A stretch of DNA of 63,995 bases, filler included, from an uncultured bacterium (GTDB lineage: Bacteria; CAYSBA01), in the NCBI GenBank assembly GCA_964429075.1. It is 5 parts of 5 records of this genome, joined end to end, with 100 filler letters (N's around TTAATTAATTAA, not from the genome) between each part and the next. Parts side by side here need not be neighbours in the genome. Positions count along the whole stretch, not along the records: positions 1 to 16,082 come from CAYSBA010000004.1; positions 16,183 to 31,756 come from CAYSBA010000005.1; 3 more parts are not named here. One strand, given 5' to 3'. Numbering within the stretch: position 1 is the first letter of the stretch; every line of letters begins with the position of its first letter. Shown one piece after another: positions 10,625-20,719 of this stretch. The notes under the pieces were generated by a model that ran no database searches, was not told the DNA's origin, and saw only the letters and a program-made list of their open reading frames with translations. The position numbers and the translations under genes were made by a program.

Positions 10625-11878
10625 ATGTTTAAGGGAAGATGCATTATAGTTGTATATCTGTTTGTTTGTCTTTTCCAGATGAGCATCCATGCAACACCTC
10701 TTTATGATTTCTCACTCTGTCCTCTGGATGTCAGTGAAGGATCTGTAAGAACAGTATATTCAGACCTCTGTCAACTGCCAAGAAACCCCTCTGTACTCTC
10801 AGATAGCGATGGATATTCATTGTTTTTTTCATATGGAAGATTTCATCAGGATATAGAGCTTAACCATATAAATATGGATTATCCTGATGTTGCAGGGACA
10901 TTCTGGGGGATTTCTCTACCAATCTCAATCTTGAAAAAGGATTTTATACTCGGAGCTGCTATCTACTTTGCAGATCAATGGATTACAAGGGTCAGAGTCC
11001 TGCCATATACAGCAGTTTCTGTATATGGTCCGGACAATGCATACCATCGTTTTGATGGTGTTTTGGCTCTCTCAACAGCATTAACAGAAAGGTTATACAT
11101 TGGAATAGGTGCAAAGCTTCTAATTGCGGTAAGTGGGGGTGGATTACGGCTATCTATAGATCAGTATGTTTTGGAGAATGGAGAGTTTAATTCCTATATG
11201 CCAATAATCGCATCTCCAATCTTAGGACTATCATACAGAGACAACAGGTTCTGGGCCTCCTTTGCATACAGACACAGGGTACAGATGGACGTATCGCTTA
11301 ACATTGTGGCTGATCTCAGTTACTCACAACTTAAGGATACTGCACTGATCGGTTTTAAAAGTACAGACTATCTTACGCCTTCCACCTTTGAGATGGCCGC
11401 TGGTTTTAATTTAAAAGATGTTGCTCTTGGCATTGATGTAGAGTATCTAAAATGGTCAGGGTCCTTTGAACCACCCAGGATAAGGTATGTCCTCGTTGGA
11501 GATTTAGATACAGTGATGCCAACAGGTGATTACGAGCTCTTCAAGCTGAAAGATACGATAAATGTTACATTTGGCATAAATATAAAGCTCTTAGATAACT
11601 TATATCTTATCTTTGCAATAAAGAGAAAGAATTCGCCAATGAAGGAAAAAATAACCTCTGTGCCTAAGGTAATCTTCCCCTCAAAATGGGTCGTTGGGAT
11701 GGGTTTCAGTTTGCAGCTTAAAGAGGGATCTGGTCTATTTTTCAGCGGTGCAATGCAGCTTCATCTAATTGACAGTAACCTTTACACCCCTTCTGATCCA
11801 CTATTTGATCCCTTAGGTGATGTTTATCTTTCAGGTAGGAGTATTGGAGCAGCTCTTGGCATGGGTTATACATTTTGA
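10625..11878 (+). CDS. Second FadL/OmpP1-like outer-membrane beta-barrel
   Basis: Signal peptide, RNPSVL, DVEYLKWS, C-terminal GYTF beta-signal. Confidence 0.68.
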   Translation: MFKGRCIIVVYLFVCLFQMSIHATPLYDFSLCPLDVSEGSVRTVYSDLCQLPRNPSVLSDSDGYSLFFSYGRFHQDIELNHINMDYPDVAGTFWGISLPISILKKDFILGAAIYFADQWITRVRVLPYTAVSVYGPDNAYHRFDGVLALSTALTERLYIGIGAKLLIAVSGGGLRLSIDQYVLENGEFNSYMPIIASPILGLSYRDNRFWASFAYRHRVQMDVSLNIVADLSYSQLKDTALIGFKSTDYLTPSTFEMAAGFNLKDVALGIDVEYLKWSGSFEPPRIRYVLVGDLDTVMPTGDYELFKLKDTINVTFGINIKLLDNLYLIFAIKRKNSPMKEKITSVPKVIFPSKWVVGMGFSLQLKEGSGLFFSGAMQLHLIDSNLYTPSDPLFDPLGDVYLSGRSIGAALGMGYTF

Positions 11879-11879
11879 A

Positions 11880-14012
11880 CTATCTGTATCCAGACATCCT
11901 TCGTATAGCCCATTCTGTTGAAAAAAGGAGAATTATGGCAAGGATAACCAGCCATAAATTCCAGATCTGTTTTACTTCTGACCCTGTCTCTATAAAGGGT
12001 CTTGTATCTGAGACTTTGATGCTGGCAATGTCAAATTGTGATGGATTTAGTATGATTCCATCTCTTTCTCTTATAGTATCTATAAAACGTTTTCTGCCGG
12101 CATCATCTCGGGACATTTCTTTCTCAAAACGGAAGATTCTTATTAATCGTTCAGCCGTGGTTGATTTGATCTTGAGCATGTAATATCCATCATCCTTTAC
12201 CTGAAAGGATCCTCTATATATACCAAACCTGTCAAGTTCAATCTTTTGTATAGTCTCCTTTTTTGTATAAAGATTCATAAGAGAGACTTCAACACTTTTG
12301 TTGGGATTAGAGAATACAACAAAATTGATTTTGGAATGAGATTTTTCAGCTACAACATCATAATCTATTCTATCAGGGTCCATATCAGGATCTTTTATAA
12401 GCCACTTCAAAAGAGCGTTAAATAGATGGCCGTATACATCCCTGCTGTTGCCATTCAGGATGGATTTGAAACGTATCTCCCACATACCGTCTGTTAATAT
12501 TGCACAGCTCCTGCCGTTTCCCTTTTTACCAAGTACAATCAGGGGCAGATGGTTGTTCTCTGTGGATAACAGGACCTCTGCATCCTTTTTAACACTCAAA
12601 ACCGCATTATACCCCTGAATATATGGCAGGGCTGATAAATCAAGCCCTCTTAATACAGGGTGCCAGCTTAACCTGCTGTTTACAACTGGTGTTATCCTTT
12701 TTGGGGTGTATGAATTATTCCTGAGAAGACTAACCGGTAGGATATCTTCTACAGGTGTATCAAAGTACATACCATCAGAGAAAGAACGCTTGCCACCAAT
12801 CATAAGGAAAGATCCTCCACCCTCAACAAATTCTTTAATCCTATTAAGATACCGGGCAATCCCGTAGGGAATATAATCAAAATCCTGAAAGATAAGGACA
12901 TCAAAGCTTAAGAGCCTTTTTCTAAATATCTCGTCAACCGGGAATGGAATCAGGGAGATCTCTCTATCCGATGCCATAAGTACATCATCTACTGTCCTTA
13001 AGATAAAGAAAGAGACAAGATCAACGTTTGGATTCTCAAATAAAAAATCTCTCAGATACCTTACATCCCATGTGGGTGAGCCTGCAATGTGAAGTACCCT
13101 TATCCTGTCTCTTGTGGCATTTATACTAAAATATGCTGAGTTGTTAGAGTAGTTTGATTCTACAAGTGGTGACTCCACTTCAACCTTATAAATAGAGACA
13201 CCTTTGATAGATGGTTTTATATCGACATCAACATAATTTTTACCCCTTTTTAGTTCAATATGCTTGGTAACAACTGTTTTGTAATCTTTATCTTTAACAA
13301 AAATAGTTGCCGTTGTGTTTTTTTTACCAGATAGATATAACTTTAGTCTTACAGACTTGGTATTGTGCACAAAACCAAAGGTCTCAAGTTCTGTTGGTGA
13401 GATAGATATATCAGGATGATTGTCCTTAAACAGGATCACATTTATAGGTGGTATGGTTTCAGGAAGTCCTAAGGGTCCTGTATTATGTTCACCGTCTGTA
13501 AATAGCACAAGTGCTGCTAATTCATCTTTTTTGTATTTATTAAGAACGAATCTTATCGAACCAACGATATCTGTTCTGGTGCCCTCAGGTGAAAGATTTG
13601 CTGTTTTTAGAGCATAGGTTTTACTATCAAATATATAGTAGTCTACTTTTAGATCTCTTTTGTTTAACACCTCTAATGAATTTATAAGTTGTTTTGCCTC
13701 TTCAAATCTTGTGGTTTTGTTGAATTTTAGATCCATGCTTTTTGAGTCGTCCAACAGAACCGCAACAGTTGCCTTTCCGAATCTGCCAAAGGAGTGTTTT
13801 ATAGCTGGTCTTAATAACAAAACAGATATTAAAATAGTGGTTAGCAATCTTATGCCACCGATTAAATATAGTAAAAGACCCTCTTCAGAATCCCTGAGAT
13901 CCTTTATACTAAAAAATACAGATATTATAAGTAGTATTGATAAAAGTAGCCATACTGGATAGGATGTAATGGGATTTAAGAGTACCTCTGTAAGTGTTGT
14001 CTGAGTGCTCAT
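11880..14012 (-). CDS. Membrane protein with a vWA-like domain and a glutamine-amidotransferase-like (DUF1355-type) domain
   Basis: N-terminal TMs, VLLDDSKSM MIDAS, LFTDGEHN, FVEGGGSFLMIGG, C-terminal TM ending EWAIRR. Confidence 0.8.
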   Translation of the reverse strand: MSTQTTLTEVLLNPITSYPVWLLLSILLIISVFFSIKDLRDSEEGLLLYLIGGIRLLTTILISVLLLRPAIKHSFGRFGKATVAVLLDDSKSMDLKFNKTTRFEEAKQLINSLEVLNKRDLKVDYYIFDSKTYALKTANLSPEGTRTDIVGSIRFVLNKYKKDELAALVLFTDGEHNTGPLGLPETIPPINVILFKDNHPDISISPTELETFGFVHNTKSVRLKLYLSGKKNTTATIFVKDKDYKTVVTKHIELKRGKNYVDVDIKPSIKGVSIYKVEVESPLVESNYSNNSAYFSINATRDRIRVLHIAGSPTWDVRYLRDFLFENPNVDLVSFFILRTVDDVLMASDREISLIPFPVDEIFRKRLLSFDVLIFQDFDYIPYGIARYLNRIKEFVEGGGSFLMIGGKRSFSDGMYFDTPVEDILPVSLLRNNSYTPKRITPVVNSRLSWHPVLRGLDLSALPYIQGYNAVLSVKKDAEVLLSTENNHLPLIVLGKKGNGRSCAILTDGMWEIRFKSILNGNSRDVYGHLFNALLKWLIKDPDMDPDRIDYDVVAEKSHSKINFVVFSNPNKSVEVSLMNLYTKKETIQKIELDRFGIYRGSFQVKDDGYYMLKIKSTTAERLIRIFRFEKEMSRDDAGRKRFIDTIRERDGIILNPSQFDIASIKVSDTRPFIETGSEVKQIWNLWLVILAIILLFSTEWAIRRMSGYR

Positions 14013-14719
14013 CTTCGTCTCTTAAGTATATACGGTATGTGAACAGCATCGTCCTTGTAATTTAAGCAGAGCGAATACATAACGATGTTTATAAGGCTCC
14101 TTATTATCATCTCTCTGGTTCTTCTTTGATCACCGGCTACAGGATTGACAAAGCCTCCAGTAAAATCTGTCTCAAGACTTCTCAATAGTGGGGATCTCAG
14201 ATAGATCAGTGATAATCTCTTGCCATAGAAAAGACCTTCTGTTTTTGTAAGAGGACCATTCTCTGAATAGAGGGTATCAAGCAGATAAAAGGTCTTAAAC
14301 AACACAAACTCAGCATCAATTGGCCTGAATTCTCCAAGCCCTGCAAGTCTGGAAAGCCAGCTGTCTCTATTATCAGAAAATCCTTCATAGTATATCATAC
14401 CCCCTGCTGTTATGTATCGTATCAAAAAGTTTATCTCTCTGTCTGTTGGTATCCGCCTGATAATAAATAAAAGTGGCTGTTTTACTGTATCTGGACCTAT
14501 ATTTTTAATATACGTAGGATTCATACATAGATCAATGCTTGTCCTTTTATCCAGTTCGACTGAGAGCTGATATAGTGACGATGCAACCTGTGATCTGAAT
14601 TGTTCTTTTGTGGTAAATATAAAGGAGACACAGGAGGATTGTTCTTTTCCTGTCAAAGTAGAACAGATCAGGAAAGATAACATAAACAGAAGGATTGTAC
14701 CCAATCTTTTAGCTAACAT
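14009..14719 (-). CDS. DUF4159-like exported protein
   Basis: YITAGGMIY, LFKTFYLL, NIVMYSLCLNYKDDAVHIPYILKRR. ATG 14719 preferred over TTG 14764. Confidence 0.72.
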   Translation of the reverse strand: MLAKRLGTILLFMLSFLICSTLTGKEQSSCVSFIFTTKEQFRSQVASSLYQLSVELDKRTSIDLCMNPTYIKNIGPDTVKQPLLFIIRRIPTDREINFLIRYITAGGMIYYEGFSDNRDSWLSRLAGLGEFRPIDAEFVLFKTFYLLDTLYSENGPLTKTEGLFYGKRLSLIYLRSPLLRSLETDFTGGFVNPVAGDQRRTREMIIRSLINIVMYSLCLNYKDDAVHIPYILKRRR

Positions 14720-16080
14720 CAATGAACGCTCCGATGAGTGGCTTTTTTTTGCCAACAACCCCAAATGATGCCTTATTTATGTCTAATAGAGATCTTAAGA
14801 CTTCAAGAAAATCATCAAATTTTAGGCTGTGATAAATATCTGACAATCTTTCATATTCAAATGGGTCGTTGTAGAAGAGTAAAGTTGAAGCACTATTTTC
14901 AACCCTTGCCCTGCCACTGTCAAGCTCTATTTTAGATGCCCCAGATAGTGATTCTTTTATATCCTCAAATACCTTTCTATCTATTCTTAACCCCTTTGAT
15001 AGCTCATCAATGATATAGATATAGTTTTCTAAGAGCCTGTCTATTCTGTTTGTTTCAGTAGAACCATAAAAGGCAAGATAGCCTCCAGATATACCCAGAT
15101 GAGAAATTAGTCCAACAGAATATGTAAGTCCCTTTTTGTCTCTTAAATAAGAAAATAGAGGCCCACTCATATGATTACATATAGATATAATGCAGTCGAG
15201 TAGATATCTCCTTTTATCAAACAGACTAAACCCTGGCAGAATTATGACAAGATAGCTCTGCTGTCTATCCATGTACTGGTAGTAATACTTATTATAAAAG
15301 TAGTTAATNNNNNNNNNNGTAGTTAATATTGGTCTTTTTAAGGTAATCTTTTTTGTCCATTTGAAGGATCCTTTTTAATGTCTTTGTTAAGATTGCCTCC
15401 AGGAGCACTCTGTCAACATTACCGTCAATGCTTATTGCAATCCTGTTGGTTGATAATAACTTTTCATGGTGACTTTTTATCCCACTGAGATCTGCAGAGA
15501 GGATGCTATGTTTTGTCCCATCCACATCAAATATATAGGGATGTGAACCAAAAAGCGCCTTTCTTGCAAGTCTGAATGCCCTTGTGAACGGATCCTCTTC
15601 TAAGGCCTGCAGGATATTAAGCTGTTTGATCTTACAGAATTCGAGATTCTGTTCATCCAAGGATGGTTCAAATAAAAGATCCATCATAACGTTGAAGGCA
15701 TAGGGAAAATTTACTGGTGAAGTTTGTAGACCGGCTCCTGTTGTGTTTCTCCCTGTGGATGTCCAGATCTTTCCTCCAGAACTATCAATTATCCTTGCCG
15801 TTTGAAGTGGATTAAGCCCATCAATACATCTTGTTTTCATCAGGTTGAGCAGTTTTGAAAATCCTGCAGTATTTTTGACTTCAAGGTGTACTCCACCCGG
15901 CATAAGCAGTTGTAGATTTAATCCATTAGCACTATCTGCCGAATTTATACTTACCACAAATGGACCAATTGAAAATGTCTCTCTTTTGTTTTTATCCTTC
16001 CTTAAGATCCATCTCTTATTTTGTGTAGAAATAATAATTTCCTTAAGTCTATTAAGGAGAGTCTTTTTACTAACTATAGT
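14709..16080 (-). CDS. M16 (pitrilysin-family) peptidase, C-terminal half; one gene split by a scaffold gap and 5'-truncated at the contig end
   Basis: ALFGSHPY and LFSYLRDKKGLTYSV motifs. The frame is open to the contig end. Collapsing the duplicated GTAGTTAAT around the N gap joins the two track ORFs in frame. Confidence 0.85.
15309..15318. other. 10-N scaffold gap, probably a 9-bp overlap
   Basis: GTAGTTAAT on both sides (15300-15308 and 15319-15327). Confidence 0.9.
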
Positions 16081-16082
16081 AC

Positions 16083-16182
16083 NNNNNNNNNNNNNNNNNN
16101 NNNNNNNNNNNNNNNNNNNNNNNNNNTTAATTAATTAANNNNNNNNNNNNNNNNNNNNNNNNNNNNNNNNNNNNNNNNNNNN
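16083..16182. other. Artificial contig-joining spacer
   Basis: N-run, TTAATTAATTAA (stops in all six frames), N-run; 100 nt; recurs four times. Confidence 0.98.
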
Positions 16183-16190
16183 GTTTATAT

Positions 16191-16220
16191 TTGACTTTAG
16201 TTATAACAAGTGTATAAGAT
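16191..16220 (+). promoter_or_regulatory. Putative sigma70 promoter
   Basis: TTGACT followed by TATAAG (16-nt spacer) or TAAGAT (18-nt spacer). Confidence 0.4.
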
Positions 16221-16252
16221 TATATAATTACACCAATTTTGTGGAGGAGGAT

Positions 16253-17686
16253 ATGAAAAAATTCCTTTGTATCATCCTTGCGGGGCTATTTTTGTCTCTG
16301 AGTCACTGCTCCTGCGAAAACGATGAGCCTGAGAACTGTAGCCCGAATGGCGGGGTTGAGCTCGGTGATACTTCCAAGAAAAACAATGACTCATGGCTTG
16401 CATTCTTCGGTGGCTTCAGTGAAGAGGAGTTTGAGAACACCGAAGAGCTAAAAGATGGTAATCTTGTTATCGTGGGGACCACCATCTCTTACAGTTGCAG
16501 TGACTATGGAGACGCCGGGGTGATCAAACTGGATAAAAATGGGAATCTACTATGGGCCAAAACCCTTGGCGGGGGAAAGGACGATATGCTGATCGATGTG
16601 GTTGCAACCGATGATGGCGGTTTTGTGGCAGTAGGATGGACTCAGTCTTTCGGAGCTTCAGGTTTTGATGCATGGGTTGTTAGATTTTCGTCTAATGGAG
16701 ATATTGTCTGGCAGAATCGTTATGGTGGCAACAAGGATGAGCAGGCAACCACGGTAGATATTGCTGATGATGGATCTATTGTTTTTGCAGCCGGTACAAA
16801 ATCCTTTGGGAGTGGAGGTGCAGATATATGGGTTGTAAAACTGGACAAAAATGGCAATATACTCTGGCAGATGGCCTATGGAGCCGAAGGTGATGATGCT
16901 CCCCAGGATGAAGCTTATGGTGAGTTTTCAGCAGGGGTATTTTTTGACAAATCAGGTAATGTGGTTGCCGGTGCAACTACCAACTCTTTCGGGAATCGAG
17001 TATCGGATGTGCTACTTTTGAAGCTAAATTCCTCTGACGGATCAATCATCTGGCAGAACTATTATGGTGATGATGATGCTGAAGGTACATGGACCATAAA
17101 AGGCCTCTCAGATGGGAATTATCTGATTCCTGGAATCCTCGAAGACCCTGAAATGGACTACAATGAATCTAATTGGATTGTTAAAGTAGATAGTAATGAT
17201 GGTTCAATCATATGGCAAAAAAAATTTGGCATTGCTGATGTAACCAGTGAACCCCTCAATGCCAATCCAACCAGTGATGGAGGAGCACTCCTTGCTGGAT
17301 ACTACGAAAAGGGTGATGAAGACTGGTATAGCACGCTGATAAGGATGGACAGAGATGGCGGTATAAAGTGGGCAACCCAGATTAAAAAGGGATCTCTTGA
17401 TTACTTTAATGATGCCCTTGAATTATCGGACGGCACAATTGCAGGCTCTGGTGTATACTATTCAGAAGATCTCGCAGGTCAGATTGCTGCCTATAGATTT
17501 CCCTCATCAGGGTTTCCTGCAACATCCTGTAGTGACCTTAAAACACTCAATTACACAGTAAAAGATACAAACACAACAGCTAACCCTGCAGGTGCAAGTG
17601 CGACTCCTACAGATGGTTTTGTAAAACCCACCGATACATCAGTAAACAATGTCAATATGAGAAGAGACTATGAGTGTCACCTATGA
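16253..17686 (+). CDS. Exported, probably lipidated, beta-propeller repeat protein
   Basis: SD GGAGGAGG before ATG 16253; signal ending SHCSC; about 7 repeats of the type D(A)WVVKLDxNGxIxWQxxYG. Confidence 0.8.
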   Translation: MKKFLCIILAGLFLSLSHCSCENDEPENCSPNGGVELGDTSKKNNDSWLAFFGGFSEEEFENTEELKDGNLVIVGTTISYSCSDYGDAGVIKLDKNGNLLWAKTLGGGKDDMLIDVVATDDGGFVAVGWTQSFGASGFDAWVVRFSSNGDIVWQNRYGGNKDEQATTVDIADDGSIVFAAGTKSFGSGGADIWVVKLDKNGNILWQMAYGAEGDDAPQDEAYGEFSAGVFFDKSGNVVAGATTNSFGNRVSDVLLLKLNSSDGSIIWQNYYGDDDAEGTWTIKGLSDGNYLIPGILEDPEMDYNESNWIVKVDSNDGSIIWQKKFGIADVTSEPLNANPTSDGGALLAGYYEKGDEDWYSTLIRMDRDGGIKWATQIKKGSLDYFNDALELSDGTIAGSGVYYSEDLAGQIAAYRFPSSGFPATSCSDLKTLNYTVKDTNTTANPAGASATPTDGFVKPTDTSVNNVNMRRDYECHL

Positions 17687-17705
17687 ATAATTCTACTTAG
17701 TAATT

Positions 17706-17860
17706 TAGCAATGTATACACTTAACTTGGTAATCATCTATTCTCTCAAAACCTCTATCTCCAACATAAGTTAGTTTTANNNNNNNNNNTAACTTCCAGCT
17801 TAACAACTTCTATGTTTTGTTATAGGTTTTGGGCCACTTTCTATTTTAAGGCATAGAGTC
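17706..17860 (-). pseudogene. Possible degraded DDE transposase fragment spanning a scaffold gap
   Basis: Minus frame reads KLTYVGDRGFERID, and DRGF resembles an IS4-like DDE motif. The fragment is short, interrupted, and has no visible terminal repeats. Confidence 0.2.
17779..17788. other. 10-N scaffold gap
   Basis: Ten N. Confidence 0.95.
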
Positions 17861-17949
17861 ATTATCTTTAAATCCATGTTGACTTACGGTACAAAACAGA
17901 TTATTTAAAACTTCTGCAATTAACAGATCATCTTATCAGTCCATTATGC

Positions 17950-17978
17950 TTTACTATTTTACAATTTAATGTTATCAT
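17950..17978 (+). promoter_or_regulatory. Putative sigma70 promoter for the dsbD-like gene
   Basis: TTTACT-17 nt-TATCAT with extended -10 TG. Confidence 0.45.
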
Positions 17979-17991
17979 CCTTAAATTCAAT

Positions 17992-19359
17992 ATGAGAAAT
18001 AAAATGATAACAAAAAGGATCTTCCCTGCTATCAAAATTGTAGGTATTTTTTCTTTTTTACTTTTTGCAGCATGGCCAGCATTTGCTGCCTCTTCGTCTA
18101 AAGGGCATAATCTGGGTCTTTTATTTATATTTCTTGGAGGGATTGCAACGAGTCTTTCACCATGTGTCTACCCTCTTATCCCTATAACTGTCAGTGTCTT
18201 TGGGGCAAGGGAGTCGAAGAGTATCCTTGGAGGATTTATTCTGTCACTGATCTATGTCTTAGGGATTGCAATGACCTACTCTATACTTGGTGTACTTTCG
18301 GCCTATTTTGGCTTTATCTTCGGATCTTTTATGTCAAATCCCATCGTTGTATGGAGCATATTTTTACTCTTTTTCATCTTTGCCCTCTCACTTTTTGGTC
18401 TCTATGAAATAAGGCTACCTATATCATTACAACAGAAACTTAATAAAGTTGGAGGCAAGGGTTATGGAGGAGCCTTTATGATGGGCCTTGTTGCAGGCTT
18501 CATAGCTGCACCCTGCACTGGACCTGTGCTGGGTTCTGTACTTACATTTATTGCCACAAGCAGGGACATTTTCCTTGGTTTCATCTATATGTTTACCTTT
18601 TCAATGGGTATGGGACTTTTATTTATTGTTGTGGGGACCTTTTCAGTATCTCTACCTAAGGCCGGTAAATGGACCGAACTCATACACAGCATTCTCGGAG
18701 TTATCATACTTGCAGCAGGTCTTTACTTTCTAAAAAATGTCTTTCAGCCACTCGATGATATATTTGTAAAATCCTATCAATATCTGATTGCAGGAATTTT
18801 TGTGGTAATCGTTGCACTTCTGTTAAATCTTCTTATACACAGAGAACACCTGACACTGAAATCTCTACTCTTAACCCCACTATCTGTCTCTTTTGACTGG
18901 AATAGGTCTAAGAAAATTCTTCTTGTTGCCGATGCACTTTTTCTTTCTATTGGTTTATTTATGATTGTCGGTTTTTTTGCCGGTCGTAGCATTCATACAG
19001 GATCAGAAGAGATTGTCTGGATAGACAATGAACAGAAGGCAATAGAACTTGCAAAATCTCAAAACCGCCCTTTGATGATAGACTTTTATGCAACATGGTG
19101 CACTGCCTGTAAGGAGCTCGATGAAAAGACCTTCTCAGATCCAGAGGTTAAAAAAGAACTAAAAAGACGTTTCATCACAGCAAGGATCGATTGCACAAAC
19201 TGGAACGAAAAGATTGATAAACTGAGTAAAAAATATGAATTCAGTGGTCTACCATATGTTGCATTTTTTGATAGCAGCGGAAAATATCTTAAGGATCTAA
19301 GCCTTAATGGCTTTATTGAACCAAAAGACTTTCTTAAGTTGATAACAAAGATCAAATAA
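17992..19359 (+). CDS. dsbD: DsbD/CcdA-family protein-disulfide reductase (TM domain plus thioredoxin domain)
   Basis: SLSPCVYPLIP, AAPCTGP, DFYATWCTAC; lacks the N-terminal DsbD-alpha domain. Confidence 0.9.
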   Translation: MRNKMITKRIFPAIKIVGIFSFLLFAAWPAFAASSSKGHNLGLLFIFLGGIATSLSPCVYPLIPITVSVFGARESKSILGGFILSLIYVLGIAMTYSILGVLSAYFGFIFGSFMSNPIVVWSIFLLFFIFALSLFGLYEIRLPISLQQKLNKVGGKGYGGAFMMGLVAGFIAAPCTGPVLGSVLTFIATSRDIFLGFIYMFTFSMGMGLLFIVVGTFSVSLPKAGKWTELIHSILGVIILAAGLYFLKNVFQPLDDIFVKSYQYLIAGIFVVIVALLLNLLIHREHLTLKSLLLTPLSVSFDWNRSKKILLVADALFLSIGLFMIVGFFAGRSIHTGSEEIVWIDNEQKAIELAKSQNRPLMIDFYATWCTACKELDEKTFSDPEVKKELKRRFITARIDCTNWNEKIDKLSKKYEFSGLPYVAFFDSSGKYLKDLSLNGFIEPKDFLKLITKIK

Positions 19360-20266
19360 AAAGACCATATCTTTCCACAAGATCCTCACCTGTTATCCTT
19401 TTTGCTATATCGAGATATCTCTTCTGGGTCTCCTTAATAATATCTTCAGGTAAGGCAGGTGCAGGGGGTCTTTTATCCCAATCAAGACTCTCAAGCCAGT
19501 TTCTTAAATATTGTTTATCCAGGCTATTCTGTTCAACGCCCACCTTATACCCATCTTTTGGCCAGAACCTTGATGAGTCTGGTGTCATGCACTCATCGAT
19601 CAGGATGATCCTGTTGTTATAAAATCCAAACTCAAACTTTGTGTCCGCAAGAATGATTCCATGCTGTTCAAGATAATTGCTACCAAATCTGTATAATTTC
19701 AGGCTGAGCTCTTTTATAATATTAAAGTTTTCTTCACCTATGATCTGTTTTGTGCTTTCTTCATCAATGTTTTCATCGTGAAGACCGGCCTCTGCCTTTG
19801 TGGCTGGTGTAAATATTGGCTCCGGTAATCTCTGTGAGAGCACAAGCCCTTCTGGTAGTTCTATCCCGCAAATACTGCCACTTTTTTTATAATCCTTCCA
19901 GCCAGAACCTGCAAGATAGCCCCTTACAACACATTCAACAGGTATGGGCATGCATCTTTTAACAAGCATTGACCTGCCTTCAAGAATATCTCTGTATCTA
20001 TCCAGCACTTTAGGATATTCACTTACATCTGCAGTAATTAAATGATTTTCGACTATATCTAATGTCATATTAAACCAGAATAGTGATATCTGGTTTAAAA
20101 TTATCCCCTTATAGGGTATTGGCTCATTAAAGACCACATCAAAAGCACTTATCCTGTCGGTTGCAACTATTAACAGGTACTCATCAACTGCATAGATGTC
20201 TCTAACCTTACCTCTTCCGATCAATTCTAAGCCTTCAAGATTTGTCTCTCTTACAATCTGCGCCAT
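19352..20266 (-). CDS. purC: SAICAR synthetase
   Basis: GKVRDIY, TDRISAFD, LADTKFEFG, TPDSSRFW, DKQYLR. Confidence 0.98.
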   Translation of the reverse strand: MAQIVRETNLEGLELIGRGKVRDIYAVDEYLLIVATDRISAFDVVFNEPIPYKGIILNQISLFWFNMTLDIVENHLITADVSEYPKVLDRYRDILEGRSMLVKRCMPIPVECVVRGYLAGSGWKDYKKSGSICGIELPEGLVLSQRLPEPIFTPATKAEAGLHDENIDEESTKQIIGEENFNIIKELSLKLYRFGSNYLEQHGIILADTKFEFGFYNNRIILIDECMTPDSSRFWPKDGYKVGVEQNSLDKQYLRNWLESLDWDKRPPAPALPEDIIKETQKRYLDIAKRITGEDLVERYGLFI

Positions 20267-20719
20267 CTAATTCTCCTTTTTACACTTTTCACAGTATCCA
20301 TACATCTCAAAACGATGGAATTTTGGTTCAAAGTTAAACTGTTTTGCAATATAATTCTGGATCCTTTCCATCCGTTCGTTGTTAAATTCTATTATCTTGC
20401 CACAACCAAGACATATAATGTGATCATGGTGATCCTGCTGAAGGATTATCTCATATATAGGGCTGTCATTGTGAAAGTTTCTCCGATGTAGAATACCAGC
20501 ATCAACAAACAGATTTACAGTCCTGTAGATTGTGGCATATCCAATCTGTGGGTAGATAGATTTGGTCTTTTGATACAGCTCATCAATTGAAAAATGATCA
20601 TCCATATCTGAAATAATTTCTAAAATAGCCATCCTCTGTCTTGAATTCCTCAATCCTTTTTTTTCAATAAAATTTTTCAGCCTATCTTTCAGTTGTTCTA
20701 AGACATTATTTATGGTCAT
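20267..20719 (-). CDS. fur: Fur-family transcriptional regulator
   Basis: ATIYRTV, HHDHIICLGCG, GYCEKC. Confidence 0.93.
   Translation of the reverse strand: MTINNVLEQLKDRLKNFIEKKGLRNSRQRMAILEIISDMDDHFSIDELYQKTKSIYPQIGYATIYRTVNLFVDAGILHRRNFHNDSPIYEIILQQDHHDHIICLGCGKIIEFNNERMERIQNYIAKQFNFEPKFHRFEMYGYCEKCKKEN

Noticed and set aside
14709..15957. M16 peptidase as two genes or a pseudogene
   Set aside because: The split coincides with a 10-N gap flanked by a duplicated 9-mer, and collapsing it restores the frame
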